This document shows positions 36,673-47,892 of a stretch of DNA of 64,000 nucleotides, in pieces. The DNA is from Candidatus Latescibacterota bacterium (lineage in GTDB: Bacteria > Krumholzibacteriota > Krumholzibacteriia > WVZY01 > JAKEHA01). The notes beneath the pieces are model-generated. The model was not told the origin of the DNA and ran no database searches. It worked only from the letters and a program-made list of their open reading frames with translations. The position numbers and the translations under genes were made by a program. How positions within the stretch are numbered: position 1 is the stretch's first letter; every line of letters begins with the position of its first letter. The stretch lies in NCBI GenBank assembly GCA_963707635.1, contig OY970173.1, forward strand, positions 992,001 through 1,056,000, in the 5' to 3' direction.

Positions 36673-39397
36673 ATGACCCTCGCCCCCGGCACCCGCCTCG
36701 GCCCCTACGAGATCGTCGCGCCGCTCGGCGCGGGCGGCATGGGCGAGGTCTATCGCGCGCAGCGACACGCGGCTCGGCCGCGACGTCGCGGTCAAGGTGC
36801 TGCCGCAGCACCTGTCCGCGAACCCCGAGGTCCGCGCGCGCTTCGAGCGCGAGGCGAAGACGGTCTCGTCGCTCAACCATCCCGCACATCTGCACGCTGC
36901 TACGACGTCGGCCGCGAGGGCGACACCGACTACCTGGTGATGGAGCTGATCGAGGGCGAGACGCTGGCGGCGCGGCTGGCGAAGGGCGCGCTGCCCGCTG
37001 GCGGAGGTGTTGAAGCTCGGCGCGCAGATCGCCGACGCGCTCGACCGCGCGCACCGCGCCGGCGTCGTGCACCGCGATCTCAAGCCCGGCAACGTGATGC
37101 TGACGAAGTCGCGGCGCGAAGCTGATGGACTTCGGGCTCGCGCGCGCGACGGGCCTGGCGGGGCCCGCCGGCAGCGGGGCGTCGATCGGCGCGCTGACGC
37201 AGTCGCCGACGATGGCGCAGCCGCTGACGGCCGAAGGGACGATCGTCGGGACGTTCCAGTACATGGCGCCGGAGCAGCTCGAAGGCAAGGAGGCCGACGC
37301 GCGCAGCGATCTGTGGGCGCTGGGCTGCGTGCTCTACGAGATGGCGACGGGCAAGCGCGCGTTCGAGGGCAAGAGCCAGGCGTCGCTGATCACCTCGATC
37401 ATGGGCACGCGAGCCCGCGCCGCTCTCGCAAGCTGGCGCCGATGACGCCGCCGGCGCTCGACCGCGTGGTGCAGGCGTGCCTCGCCAAGGACCCGGCGGA
37501 CCGGATCCAGAGCGCGCACGACGTGAAGCTGCAGCTGCAGTGGGCGGTGGAGGGCGGTTCCGTCGCGGGCGCGCCGGCACCGATCGCCGCGCCGACGAGG
37601 CGGCGCGGAAATTTCGTTCCCTGGATCGTCGCGGCGGCGGGGCTGGTCGCTGCGGGCGTAATGTTCGCGCAGAGCAGAGGCGGCGGCCACGAGGAAGCGC
37701 CGTCGCAGGCCGTGCACGCCGCCATTCTGCCCCCAAGCGGTGTCGTCTATTCGTCGAGCACGGATCGCCCGCTTCCGCTCGCGATCTCGCCCGACGGGAG
37801 ACTGGTCGCGTTCTGCGCGCGCACCGGCGAGGGCCCCGACATGCTCTGGGTTCGGTCGGTCGACTCGAACGACGCCCGCGCCATCGCCGGCACCGAGGGC
37901 GCGCAGGGGCCGTTCTTCTCGCCCGACGGGAAGACGATCGGCTTCTTCGCGCGCGGGAAGATGAAGCGCGTCGATACCACCGGCGGCGCGGTGATCACGC
38001 TGGCGGACGGGGGCGACCCGCGCGGCGCGACCTGGAGCCCGAACGGCTGGATCGTCTTCGGGAGCACCGCCTACGGCCCGCTCTGGAAGGTGAGGGAAGA
38101 CGGCGGTGCCGTCGCGGCGGCGACCGTGCTCGATTCGACGCGCGCCGAGGCCACCCACCGCTACCCGTGGTTTCTGCCCGACGGCCGACACTTTCTCTAT
38201 CTCGCCCGGCGCAGCGGCGCGGGTGCCGGCAACGAGCCCACCATCTTCGTGGGAGAATTCGATTCCGCGCAGCGAACCCGCGTGCTCGAGGTGGCGTCCA
38301 ATGTCGCCTACGCGTCGGGGCACCTGCTCTACATCCGCGAAGGCGTGCTGGTCGCGCAGCGCTTCGACCCGAACACGCTCGCGGTTTCCGGCTCCGCGAT
38401 CCCTCTGATCGACGACGCGCGCATGGACGAGCGCTTCAGCCGCGGCGTGTTTTCCGTGTCCACCAACGGCGTGCTGGTGTGCATGACCGGCAAAAATCAG
38501 ACGCGCACGCAGATGCAGTGGTTGGATCGAAGCGGCAAGTGGCTCTCGGACATCGGCGAGCCCACCGACTACACCTACGGCGGAACGCCGGAGCTCTCGC
38601 CCGACGGCGCGCAGTCGGTCATGCCCATCGCGAACCGAGAACGCGGCACGTCGGACGTGTGGCTCGTCGATCTGAATAGCGGGCGTCGTCACCGTTTGAC
38701 CGTCGATGCGTACGATCACCCCGCTGCCACTTGGCACCCCGACGGAAAACGGGTGGCGGTGAGCACCAACCGGGGCGGCGAGAAAATATTCTCGGTGGAC
38801 CTCCTGGCGGTGGACGGGGCGCTGTTGCGCAGCCTGCACCGGGGGGCGGAATACTTGTGGCCGAGATCGATTTCTCCGGACGGCCGCGTGCTCCTCTTCG
38901 ACGCGCCCGAGACCGGGTTGAGGGAACGGTTCGACACCTGGATGGTGTCGATGGCGGGAGATTCCGGCTCGGCGATGATCGCGGGGGGTGAGGGCACGCA
39001 ACAACGGGCCCAATTCTCGCCGGACGGCCGCCTCTTCGCGTACGACTCGGACGAATCGGAGCAGGAAGAGGTGTACGTCGCCGCCTACCCGGGCGGCGGC
39101 AAGTGGCAGGTGTCGCAGGACGGCGGCACCGAGCCGCGCTGGCGGCAGGACGGGGATGAGCTGTACTACGTTGACCGCGACAACTTCATCGTTGCGGTCG
39201 AGACGCGCGCCGGCGGAGCGGCGTTCGAAGCCGGCTCCGCGACGAAGCTCTTCCAGTTTCACGGCGCCGGAGGCCTGTGGCGCTACGACGTCAATGCGGA
39301 CGGCACGCGCTTTTTGGTGACGCGGGCGCTGCAGGAAGACCTGGCTTCCCCGGTGACGCTCATCACCGACTGGACGCGCAAGGTCGCGGGGCGCTGA
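36673..39397 (+). CDS. Ser/Thr protein kinase-TM-TolB/PD40 beta-propeller protein 1; about 7 single-base insertions in the kinase half (likely assembly errors)
   Basis: [20 protein letters not shown] and GTFQYMAPE occur in different frames; SPDG repeats; collinear with 42015..44720. Confidence 0.8.
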
Positions 39398-39401
39398 TCG
39401 C

Positions 39402-42002
39402 GTGATGGCGCTCAATCCCGGCACCCGCCTCGGTCCCTACGAAATCCTCTCGCCCCTCGGTGCGGGCGGGATGGGCGAGGTCTATCGCGCCCGCGACACC
39501 CGGCTCAGCCGCGACGTCGCCGTCAAGGTGCTCCCGCCGCACCTCTCGTCGAACCCGGAAGTCCGCGCGCGCTTCGAGCGCGAGGCGAAGGCGGTTTCGT
39601 CGCTCAACCACCCGCACATCTGCACGCTTTTCGACGTGGGCCGCGAGCGTGACACCGATTTCCTCGTCATGGAGTTCATCGAGGGCGAAACGCTGGCCCG
39701 GCGCCTCGAGAAAGGCCCGCTCCTGACCGAACAGGTGATCACGCTGGGCGCACAGATCGCGGACGCGCTCGCGCGCGCGCACCGCGCGGGCATCGTCCAC
39801 CGCGACTTGAAGCCCGGCAACGTGATGCTGACCAAGTCGGGTGCGAAGCTCATGGATTTCGGCCTGGCGCGCGCCACCGGGCTCGCGGGTGGAGCCGGCA
39901 GCAGCCTGACCATGGAGGGGCTGACGCAATCGCCCACCATGGGGGCGCCGCTCACCTCCGAGGGCACCATCGTCGGCACGTTTCAGTACATGTCGCCCGA
40001 ACAGCTCGAGGGCAAGGAGGCTGACGCGCGCAGCGACATCTGGGCGCTCGGTTGTGTGCTCTACGAAATGGCGACGGGCAAGCGCGCCTTCGAGGGCAAG
40101 AGCCAGGCCAGCCTGATCGTTGCCATCATGGAGAAGCCCGTGGTGTCGCTGGTGGATCTCGCTCCCGCCTCGCCAGCGGCGCTCGACCGTCTGGTACAGG
40201 CGTGTCTTGCGAAGGACCCCGATGATCGCGTGCAGACCGCGCACGACGTCAGACTTCAACTGGGGTGGATGCATGCCGAGACGGCCAGCGCAACCGGCGC
40301 CAGCCCGTCCGTGCGAGGCGGCTCTCGGCGCGCGCGCTGGGTAGCAGGCGCGCTGCTCGTCGTGGCGGCGATCGCGGCCGCGTTCGTGGCCGGGCGCCAG
40401 AACGCGCCGGGCCGCACGTCGACGGCGTTTCAGTTTCAACGCAAGACCTACCGCTCGCAGGCCATCTTCTCGGCGCGCTTCATGCCGGACGGAAAGACGA
40501 TGGTGTTGAGCAGTGCCCTCGAAGGCAACACCACGGAGCTGTTCGTGATCCGGCCCGAGTATCCCGAGCCACAGCCGCTGGGCATGAAGAACGTGCACCT
40601 GCTCGCCGTCTCGTCACGCGGCGAGCTGGCGGTCTTAAACCGCGCCCGTTTCATCGGGCACCACCGGCTCTTCAACGGAACGTTGGCGCGCATGCCACTG
40701 GAAGGTGGCGCACCGCGCGAGATCATGGAGGGCGTTCGTGAGGCAGACTGGGCTCCCGACGGTGAAAACCTCGCCGTCATCCACGAGTTGGACGAAAAGG
40801 ATCGCCTCGAATTTCCGATCGGCAAGGTACTGGTCGAATCCGCCGGCTACTTGAGCGATGTGCGAGTGTCCCCGCGGGGCGACCGCATCGCCTTCATGGA
40901 GCATCCCTCCAAGTACGACGACCGCGGATCGGTCAATGTGGTCGACCTCGAGGGCCACACGCGCGTGCTGACGGGTGGATACTGGGGCATGGAGGGGTTG
41001 GCGTGGTCGCGCGACAACGCCGCCGTGCTCTTCGGCGCCACCACGAACGGGACCGACTACTCCGTGTACCGTGTCGATCTCGACGGGCACGCCGGACCCG
41101 CGGGCCAGAGCGCCGGCGGACTGACGATCCACGACGTCGCGTCCGACGGCACCTGGGCGGTGACGCGGGATGAATACCCGGTCCGGCTCGTCTTCCGCGC
41201 GGCCGGCTCGACCGCGGATGTGGACTTGTCGTGGCTCGACAATGGCATCGACCCCTTCATTTCCGCCGATGGCAAGACGGTCACCTTCACCGACCAGAGC
41301 GAAGGAGCGGGTGCGAACTACGCGGTGGCGGTCCGACCTGCGTCCGGTGGCGCCATCGTCCGGCTGGGTGAGGGCCACGGCCAGGGGTTTTCACCGGATG
41401 GGAAGTCCGTGCTGGCGTTCGTGCCCATCACGCCCTGCCGTCTCATGTCGTACCCGGTCGGTGCCGGACAGCCGGTTCGTCTCGACCGCGGCGGGTTCGA
41501 GAATATCTCCTATGCGCAATGGATGAAGGACGGGAACCACGTACTGGTGAGCGGAAACGAAGCCGGCAAGCCACCGCGCTGCTTCCTGGTTGATGTTTCG
41601 TCGGGCACGTCGGAGCCGGTGGGGCCCGAGGGGATCCGGAGAGGATGCCCATCCCCGGACGGAACCGCTTTCGTCGCCCGATCGCAGTCTGGCTGGACGA
41701 TCTTCCCGATGGCGGACAACGGCGAAGGAACTCCGCTTCCGGCGCTGACGTCGAAGGATTATGTGATCCGGTGGAATCTGGACGGTTCATCCCTTTACTG
41801 TTACCAGCGGGCCACCATTCCCGCCTCGATCGACCGCATCGACGTGAAAACGGGCCGGCGCGAAACCACGCCGCTGCTGGCCGGCGGCGGTGCAGGAGCG
41901 CTTTCCATTCTGTCGGTGGCGATCGCCGATGATCTGCGCTCCGTGGTGTACGGCTCGTGGTCTTACACCTCGGTCCTGTACGCAGTCACGGGCGAGCGAT
42001 AG
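39402..42002 (+). CDS. Ser/Thr protein kinase-TM-beta-propeller protein 2
   Basis: Intact Hanks motifs, TM helix, WAPDG/SPDG repeats. Confidence 0.92.
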   Translation: MMALNPGTRLGPYEILSPLGAGGMGEVYRARDTRLSRDVAVKVLPPHLSSNPEVRARFEREAKAVSSLNHPHICTLFDVGRERDTDFLVMEFIEGETLARRLEKGPLLTEQVITLGAQIADALARAHRAGIVHRDLKPGNVMLTKSGAKLMDFGLARATGLAGGAGSSLTMEGLTQSPTMGAPLTSEGTIVGTFQYMSPEQLEGKEADARSDIWALGCVLYEMATGKRAFEGKSQASLIVAIMEKPVVSLVDLAPASPAALDRLVQACLAKDPDDRVQTAHDVRLQLGWMHAETASATGASPSVRGGSRRARWVAGALLVVAAIAAAFVAGRQNAPGRTSTAFQFQRKTYRSQAIFSARFMPDGKTMVLSSALEGNTTELFVIRPEYPEPQPLGMKNVHLLAVSSRGELAVLNRARFIGHHRLFNGTLARMPLEGGAPREIMEGVREADWAPDGENLAVIHELDEKDRLEFPIGKVLVESAGYLSDVRVSPRGDRIAFMEHPSKYDDRGSVNVVDLEGHTRVLTGGYWGMEGLAWSRDNAAVLFGATTNGTDYSVYRVDLDGHAGPAGQSAGGLTIHDVASDGTWAVTRDEYPVRLVFRAAGSTADVDLSWLDNGIDPFISADGKTVTFTDQSEGAGANYAVAVRPASGGAIVRLGEGHGQGFSPDGKSVLAFVPITPCRLMSYPVGAGQPVRLDRGGFENISYAQWMKDGNHVLVSGNEAGKPPRCFLVDVSSGTSEPVGPEGIRRGCPSPDGTAFVARSQSGWTIFPMADNGEGTPLPALTSKDYVIRWNLDGSSLYCYQRATIPASIDRIDVKTGRRETTPLLAGGGAGALSILSVAIADDLRSVVYGSWSYTSVLYAVTGER

Positions 42003-42014
42003 GAGACCACGTCG

Positions 42015-44720
42015 ATGGTACTCACTCCCGGCACCCGCCTCGGCCCCTATGAAATCCTCTCGCCCCTCGGGGCGGGCGGAATGGGCGAGGTCTACCGCGC
42101 GCGCGACACCCGGCTGGGTCGCGACGTCGCGATCAAGGTGCTGCCCCAGCATCTCTCGTCGAACGCCGAGGTGCGTTCGCGCTTCGAACGCGAAGCGAAG
42201 ACCGTCTCGGGGCTGAACCACCCCCACATCTGCACGCTTTTTGACGTGGGGCGCGAGAACGATACCGACTTTCTGGTGATGGAGTTGATCGAGGGCGAGA
42301 CGCTTGCTGCCCGGCTCGCCAAGGGAGCGCTCCCGGCGGTGGAGGTGCTGCGACTCGGCACCCAGATCGCCGACGCGCTCGACAAGGCGCACCGCGCAGG
42401 GATCGTCCACCGCGACTTGAAGCCCGGCAACGTGATGCTGACGAAGTCGGGGGCGAAGCTGATGGACTTCGGACTCGCGCGCGCATCGGGGCTGGTGGGG
42501 CCGTCCGGCTCGGGCGCGTCGATCGCGGCGCTGACCCAGTCGCCTACGGTGGCGCAGCCGCTGACGGCGGAGGGGACGATCGTCGGGACGTTCCAGTACA
42601 TGTCGCCCGAGCAGCTCGAGGCGAAGGACGCGGACGAGCGCAGCGACATCTGGTCGCTGGGTTGTGTGCTCTACGAAATGGCGACCGGCAAGCGCGCGTT
42701 CGAGGGCAAGAGCCAGGCCTCGCTGATCGGTGCGATCATGAGCACGGAGCCCGCGCCCATTTCGCAGGTGGTTCCGATGACGCCGCCCGCCCTGGATCGG
42801 GTGGTGCACGCGTGTTTGGCCAAGGATCCGGCGGACCGCATCCAGAGCGCGCACGACGTGAAGCTCCAGCTCGCGTGGATCGGCGAAGGCGGGCAGGGGG
42901 GAGCGCCCGAATCCGTCGCGAAGCGCCGCCGTGGTTTCGGGTGGTTGCCCTGGGTGGCGGTGGTGGTGGTCGCGATGGTGGCCACGGACATTGTGCGGCA
43001 GCTCACGACCGGCTCCGACGAAGGCGAAGCGCTGGTGACGCGCACGACCATCGGCGCTCCGCCCGGCGCGCGCCTCGAGATCTCGGGTGACGACGCGGGT
43101 CCGCCGGCGCTTTCGCCCGACGGCACCATGCTGGTGTTTTCCGCCGTGGGCGGCGGGGGGGGAAAGCGCCTCTGGCTGCGCCGGCTCGACGACTTCACCG
43201 CCCGCGCGCTCCCGGGAACGGACGGGGCGAGCTATCCGTTCTGGTCTCCGGACAGCCGGTCGATCGGTTTCTTCAGCCCGACCAAGCTGAAGCGGCTCGA
43301 CCTGGCGCAGGGTTCCGTGATTACGGTTTGCGACTCCGTGGATGCGGCGCGCGGCGGAACCTGGTCGCGCGACGGCGTCATCCTGTTCACCCCGGCGTTC
43401 TGGGAGGGACTCTTCCAGGTGCCGGCCTCGGGCGGACAGCGCCGCCGCGTGACGACTCCGGACTCCACCTCCGAAACGACCCACCGCTTTCCGCAGTTCA
43501 TGCCGGACGGTCGTCATTACATCTATCTATCGGCCAATCACCGCGTACCGGACGCAAACACGTCGGCCATCTACTACGGTTCGCTCGACGGCGGGGAACG
43601 CCGTCCGCTGTTCGCCTCCAAGAGCAACGCCGTCTACGCGCAGGGGTTCCTCCTGTTCGTGCGCGACAGTACTCTAATGGCGCAGGAATTCGACGCCGCC
43701 AGCGGGACCGTGAAGGGCGCCCCCCGGGCGACGCGCGAGGTGGTCCAGCTCGACCGCTCGACGTGGAACGCGACCATCACCGCGGCGGAGAACGGCGTGC
43801 TCGTGTACGGTCTCGGAGGGCGCTCCGGAAACTGCCGCGTGTCGTGGTACGAGCGTTCCGGGGTCCGGACCAAGGCACTGTCGTCGTTCGGAAATCTCCT
43901 GGCCATCGATCTTTCACCGGACGACCGCCGGGTGGTGATGGAGTGGCAGCAGACCCCGCTGGCCGACGACTGGGTGATCGACGTGGCGACGGGAACCCGC
44001 TCGCGCGTGACCACCGGCGCCGACGACGAAACCGCCCCCATCTGGCTGCCGGATGGGAAGCGAGTCGCCTACGGCGCCCGGGAGTCGGAGAAGTACAGCA
44101 TCTACTTCAAGCGGGCGGATGGATCTGCCGACCCGGAGCTGTTCCTCAATGATCCGGTCGAAGACGTCTGGCCCCTCTCCGCGTCGCGCGACGGGAAGTG
44201 GATCGCGTACGGCAAGGGGGTCGCGTCGGGAACCGCGCACGGAGCGCTGTGTATCAAGCCGCTCACGGGCCCGGGTGCGGCTCGCGTGCTGGTACCGGCA
44301 GCCGACGCCTTCGTGGGCGCGCAGTTCTCGCCGGACGCGAAGTGGATCGCGTTCTCGGCGTCGGTGTCGGGCCGCCCCGAGGTCTATGTGGCACCGGTAC
44401 CCGCCAGCGGCGAAGGCCTCTCCGCCCGCTGGCAGGTCTCCGGCAACGGGGGCGACCGTCCGCGGTGGCGCGGCGACGGGCGCGAACTCTACTACGTCCG
44501 GCCCGACTGCACGATCATGGCCGTCTCCGTCGACGGCTCCGGCACTGAATTTCGTGTCGCCGGCGAGACGCCTCTGTTCCAGGCGTTTCAGCGCATCCTC
44601 GCCCAGACGATGGATGTAAGCAGCGACGGCCAGCACTTCGTCATTAATGCGCTGGGCGGCGACGAGGGCGAGCCGCTCGCGATCGTCGCCAACTGGCTCC
44701 AGACCCTCGCCTCGCCCTAG
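42015..44720 (+). CDS. Ser/Thr protein kinase-TM-TolB/PD40 beta-propeller protein 3
   Basis: Intact Hanks motifs, TM helix, PFWSPD/FSPD repeats. Confidence 0.92.
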   Translation: MVLTPGTRLGPYEILSPLGAGGMGEVYRARDTRLGRDVAIKVLPQHLSSNAEVRSRFEREAKTVSGLNHPHICTLFDVGRENDTDFLVMELIEGETLAARLAKGALPAVEVLRLGTQIADALDKAHRAGIVHRDLKPGNVMLTKSGAKLMDFGLARASGLVGPSGSGASIAALTQSPTVAQPLTAEGTIVGTFQYMSPEQLEAKDADERSDIWSLGCVLYEMATGKRAFEGKSQASLIGAIMSTEPAPISQVVPMTPPALDRVVHACLAKDPADRIQSAHDVKLQLAWIGEGGQGGAPESVAKRRRGFGWLPWVAVVVVAMVATDIVRQLTTGSDEGEALVTRTTIGAPPGARLEISGDDAGPPALSPDGTMLVFSAVGGGGGKRLWLRRLDDFTARALPGTDGASYPFWSPDSRSIGFFSPTKLKRLDLAQGSVITVCDSVDAARGGTWSRDGVILFTPAFWEGLFQVPASGGQRRRVTTPDSTSETTHRFPQFMPDGRHYIYLSANHRVPDANTSAIYYGSLDGGERRPLFASKSNAVYAQGFLLFVRDSTLMAQEFDAASGTVKGAPRATREVVQLDRSTWNATITAAENGVLVYGLGGRSGNCRVSWYERSGVRTKALSSFGNLLAIDLSPDDRRVVMEWQQTPLADDWVIDVATGTRSRVTTGADDETAPIWLPDGKRVAYGARESEKYSIYFKRADGSADPELFLNDPVEDVWPLSASRDGKWIAYGKGVASGTAHGALCIKPLTGPGAARVLVPAADAFVGAQFSPDAKWIAFSASVSGRPEVYVAPVPASGEGLSARWQVSGNGGDRPRWRGDGRELYYVRPDCTIMAVSVDGSGTEFRVAGETPLFQAFQRILAQTMDVSSDGQHFVINALGGDEGEPLAIVANWLQTLASP

Positions 44721-44767
44721 GCGAACCCCTCTCGGCGCGGCGTCGCGTTTGCGATAGAATCCGCCGC

Positions 44768-47045
44768 ATGCACCTTTCCACCGGCATCCGCCTGGGCCCC
44801 TACGAAATTCTCGCCCCCCTCGGCGCGGGGGGCATGGGCGAGGTCTATCGCGCGCGCGACACCAGGCTCGACCGCGAGGTGGCGGTCAAGGTGCTCCCGA
44901 CCTCCGCCCGGGAGGACCGGGAAGCCCGGGCGCGGTTCCGGCGCGAGGCGCTCGCACTCTCGCGGCTCAACCATCCCAACATCGAGATGGTGCTCGACTT
45001 CGGCGAGGATGGCGGCGTCGATTACATGGTGCTCGAGTTCGTGCCGGGGGAGACGCTGGCCGCGCGGGTGGCGCGGGGCCGCATCCCCGAGCGCGAAGCC
45101 GCCGAACTCGGTGCGCAGGTCGCCGAGGCGCTCAGCGAAGCCCACGAGCGCGGCGTCCTCCACCGGGACCTGAAGCCGGGCAACATCATGGTGACACCCA
45201 AGGGGCGGGTGAAGGTGCTCGACTTCGGGCTGGCGAAACTCGCGCAAGTGCCGAGCGACGAGACGCGCAGCATGGACGTGACCCAGGCCGGGACGGCACC
45301 GGGGACACTCGCCTACATGGCGCCCGAGCAGCTCTTGGGCACGCCGATCGACGCGCGCACAGACCTATATGCCCTCGGCGTGGCGCTCTACGAAATGACG
45401 ACCGCACGGCGCCCGTTCGAGGCGCCGCTGGCGACCGCGCTGGCCAACGAAGTGTTACACGGGAAGCTTGCGCCGCCGCGCGCGCACGAACCGTCGCTCT
45501 CGGCGCGCGCCGAGGCGATCATCCTGCGCGCGATGGAGCGCGAAAGCGCGCGGCGCTACCAGACCGCGGGCGAGATGCTCGGCGAACTGCGGCGCCTGTC
45601 GGCGGCGGACGCGAGTGATTCGGGTGAAGCTCGGGGGACGACGACCGCCCCGTCACGCCGGGTGACCTCGATCGCGGTACTCCCGCTCGAGAACTTGTCC
45701 GGCGATCCCGCGCAGGAGTACTTCTCGGACGGCATGACCGAAGAACTGATCGCGTGCCTCGCGCAGGTGCGCGCGCTGCGCATCATCTCGCGCACGTCGG
45801 TGATGCGGTACAAGGGTCAGCGAAAGGCGATCCCCGATATCGCGCGCGAGCTCAACGTGGACGCGGTGGTCGAGGGCTCCGTGCGCCGGGCGGGCGACCG
45901 CGTGCGGATCACCGCGCAGCTCATCGACGCATCGAGCGAGCGTCACCTGTGGGGCAAGTCGTACGAGCGCGACATGAAGGAAGTGCTCGCGCTGCAGGGC
46001 GAGGTGGCGGCGGCAATCGTGGACGAGATTCAGGTCAGCGTGACGCCGCAGGAAGAGACGCGCCTGCGGGACGCGCGCGCGGTGAATCCCGAAGCATATC
46101 GAGGCCTACCTGAAGGGGCGCTATCTCATCGAGCGTCGGACCGACGAGAACGCTTCAGGAGGGACTCGCGTGCCTCGAACGAGGCCGTGCGTATCGATCC
46201 TTCGCTGGAACTGGCGCACGTCGGCGTGGCCGACGCCTACAACCTGATGGGATTCTGGACCGGCGTGCCGCCGCGGGAGGCTTTCCCGCACGCCCGGGCC
46301 TCCGCGCAGCAAGCGCTCGAGATCAACCCCGCCAGCGCGGAGGCGCTGACCTCGCTCGCCTACGGGACGTTCTGGCACGACTGGAATTTCGCGGAGGCCG
46401 AACGCCTCTACCGCCGTTCGATCGATCTGAATCCGAAGTACTCGCAGGCGCACCTGTGGCTCGCGAACTTGCTGGTCGGGGACGGCCGGTTCGAGGAGGC
46501 GAAAGCGGAAGCTCAGGTTGCCCGGACGCTCGATCCGGTCTCCAACATTGCAATCACCTCGGGAGGATGGTGCCCCTACTATGCAGGGAGCTTCGACGAG
46601 GCGGTTCGCCTGTATCGCGACGCAACTCGGTTGATTCCCGATTTTGGACCTCTCCACTTGTGGATGGGACTGGCGTGCGCGCAAGCGGACCTCGACGCCG
46701 AGGCCATGGCGGCGCTTGCCGGCTGCGTCGAGATTCTGGGGCGCACGCCGGTGGTAGCTCTCGGCGCTAGCGGTCGCCCACGCGCGCGCGGGGCGGACGT
46801 CGGAGGCGCGCGCTCTCCTGTCCGAGCTGGAAGCGCTGTCCGCCCACCGCTACGTCGGCAGCGTACTACTTCGCGCAGGTACTGGTGGCGCTGGGCGATC
46901 ACGACGCCGCGTTCGCCGCTCTCGAGAAGGCCCTCGAAGAGCGGGCTCACTGGCTGGCATTCAGTCCGACGTGGATCCGGCGCTCAACGCGCTTCGAGGC
47001 GACTCGCGTTTCGAGGCACTGGCCGCGCGCGTGGGCATCCAGTAG
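44768..47045 (+). CDS. Ser/Thr protein kinase + TolB-N-like + TPR protein; frameshifted after about 46095
   Basis: Kinase motifs; SIAVLPLENLSGD..QEYFSDGMTEELI; TPR helices; terminal frame ...FEALAARVGIQ-TAG 47043-47045. Confidence 0.8.
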
Positions 47046-47071
47046 GATTTCGCCGATCGAATCACCAGGAG

Positions 47072-47106
47072 AAACGGCCACCCCGGCGAACCGGGATGGC
47101 CGTTTT
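47072..47106. terminator. Probable bidirectional terminator between convergent genes
   Basis: AAACGGCCA-C-CCCGG/CGAA/CCGGG-A-TGGCCGTTTT. Confidence 0.75.
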
Positions 47107-47125
47107 CGTCGAAAGCAGAGATCCT

Positions 47126-47680
47126 CTACCGATAGAGCGACTTGATCTGTCCCCAGGTGGAAACCTCGGTCGAGACCGTGGTCCTCTCCACTGTGAGCCA
47201 GATCTTCCAGCTCGCGGCTGTGGGGCCGAAGTTCATGGTGACTTCGCACTTGTACTGGCCGGTGACCATGATCGGGAGCAACGGATTGACGATGCTGAAG
47301 CCGGTATCCGTGAGGTTGTCTCCAGCTTTCTTGACCTTGTGGGACAGCACGGTACCGTACGGTGGGGCTGCTTCGACCGGGCCGGACATATCGAAATATG
47401 ATTGGTCGCCGCTGTTCGCCGAATACTCCCAGTGGATGCTGATAATCGCCATGTCCGCCGGCAGGTTGGCGAAGAACGAATCCTGCGTATTCGAGGTCGG
47501 CGTCGGCCCAATCGAGCCTATCCACGTGTTGACGCCGGCATCCAGCGTGAACGTGGGCGGGTTGGACTGGTCCAGGTCGCCGTCGACGGCTTCGTTATAG
47601 TTGACTACCGCGGCGAGACTTCCGCCGGCCAGTGTCACGGATAAGAGAGCGCACAAGAGACCTGTCTTGGCAGTTTTCAT
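47126..47680 (-). CDS. Secreted protein ending in STWGQIKSLYR
   Basis: SD GGGAGG; signal peptide; YNEAVDGDL N-terminus; C-terminal tail motif. Confidence 0.8.
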   Translation of the reverse strand: MKTAKTGLLCALLSVTLAGGSLAAVVNYNEAVDGDLDQSNPPTFTLDAGVNTWIGSIGPTPTSNTQDSFFANLPADMAIISIHWEYSANSGDQSYFDMSGPVEAAPPYGTVLSHKVKKAGDNLTDTGFSIVNPLLPIMVTGQYKCEVTMNFGPTAASWKIWLTVERTTVSTEVSTWGQIKSLYR

Positions 47681-47892
47681 GAAGAACCTCCCGGAGCGGC
47701 CGTGATTGCCCTTAGCTTAGATCAGCCCGGTCTTCTGCGTACTTCCCCGGGGCAGTTATTGTACACCCGATCGACGTGGCCCGGGGGGCATTTCTTCCTT
47801 TACGGACGGGCTTTTTCGCGCCACAGTCTGCAGTGACATTGAGAAAGATGCGCGGCGAAAGCAGCCGCGTTCGGTCGAGGAGGTGATGACCC

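Noticed and set aside
36673..47045. Diversity-generating retroelement or programmed frameshifting in the kinase array
   Set aside because: No reverse transcriptase, no adenine-specific TR/VR pair and no slippery sites; the indels are scattered single insertions.
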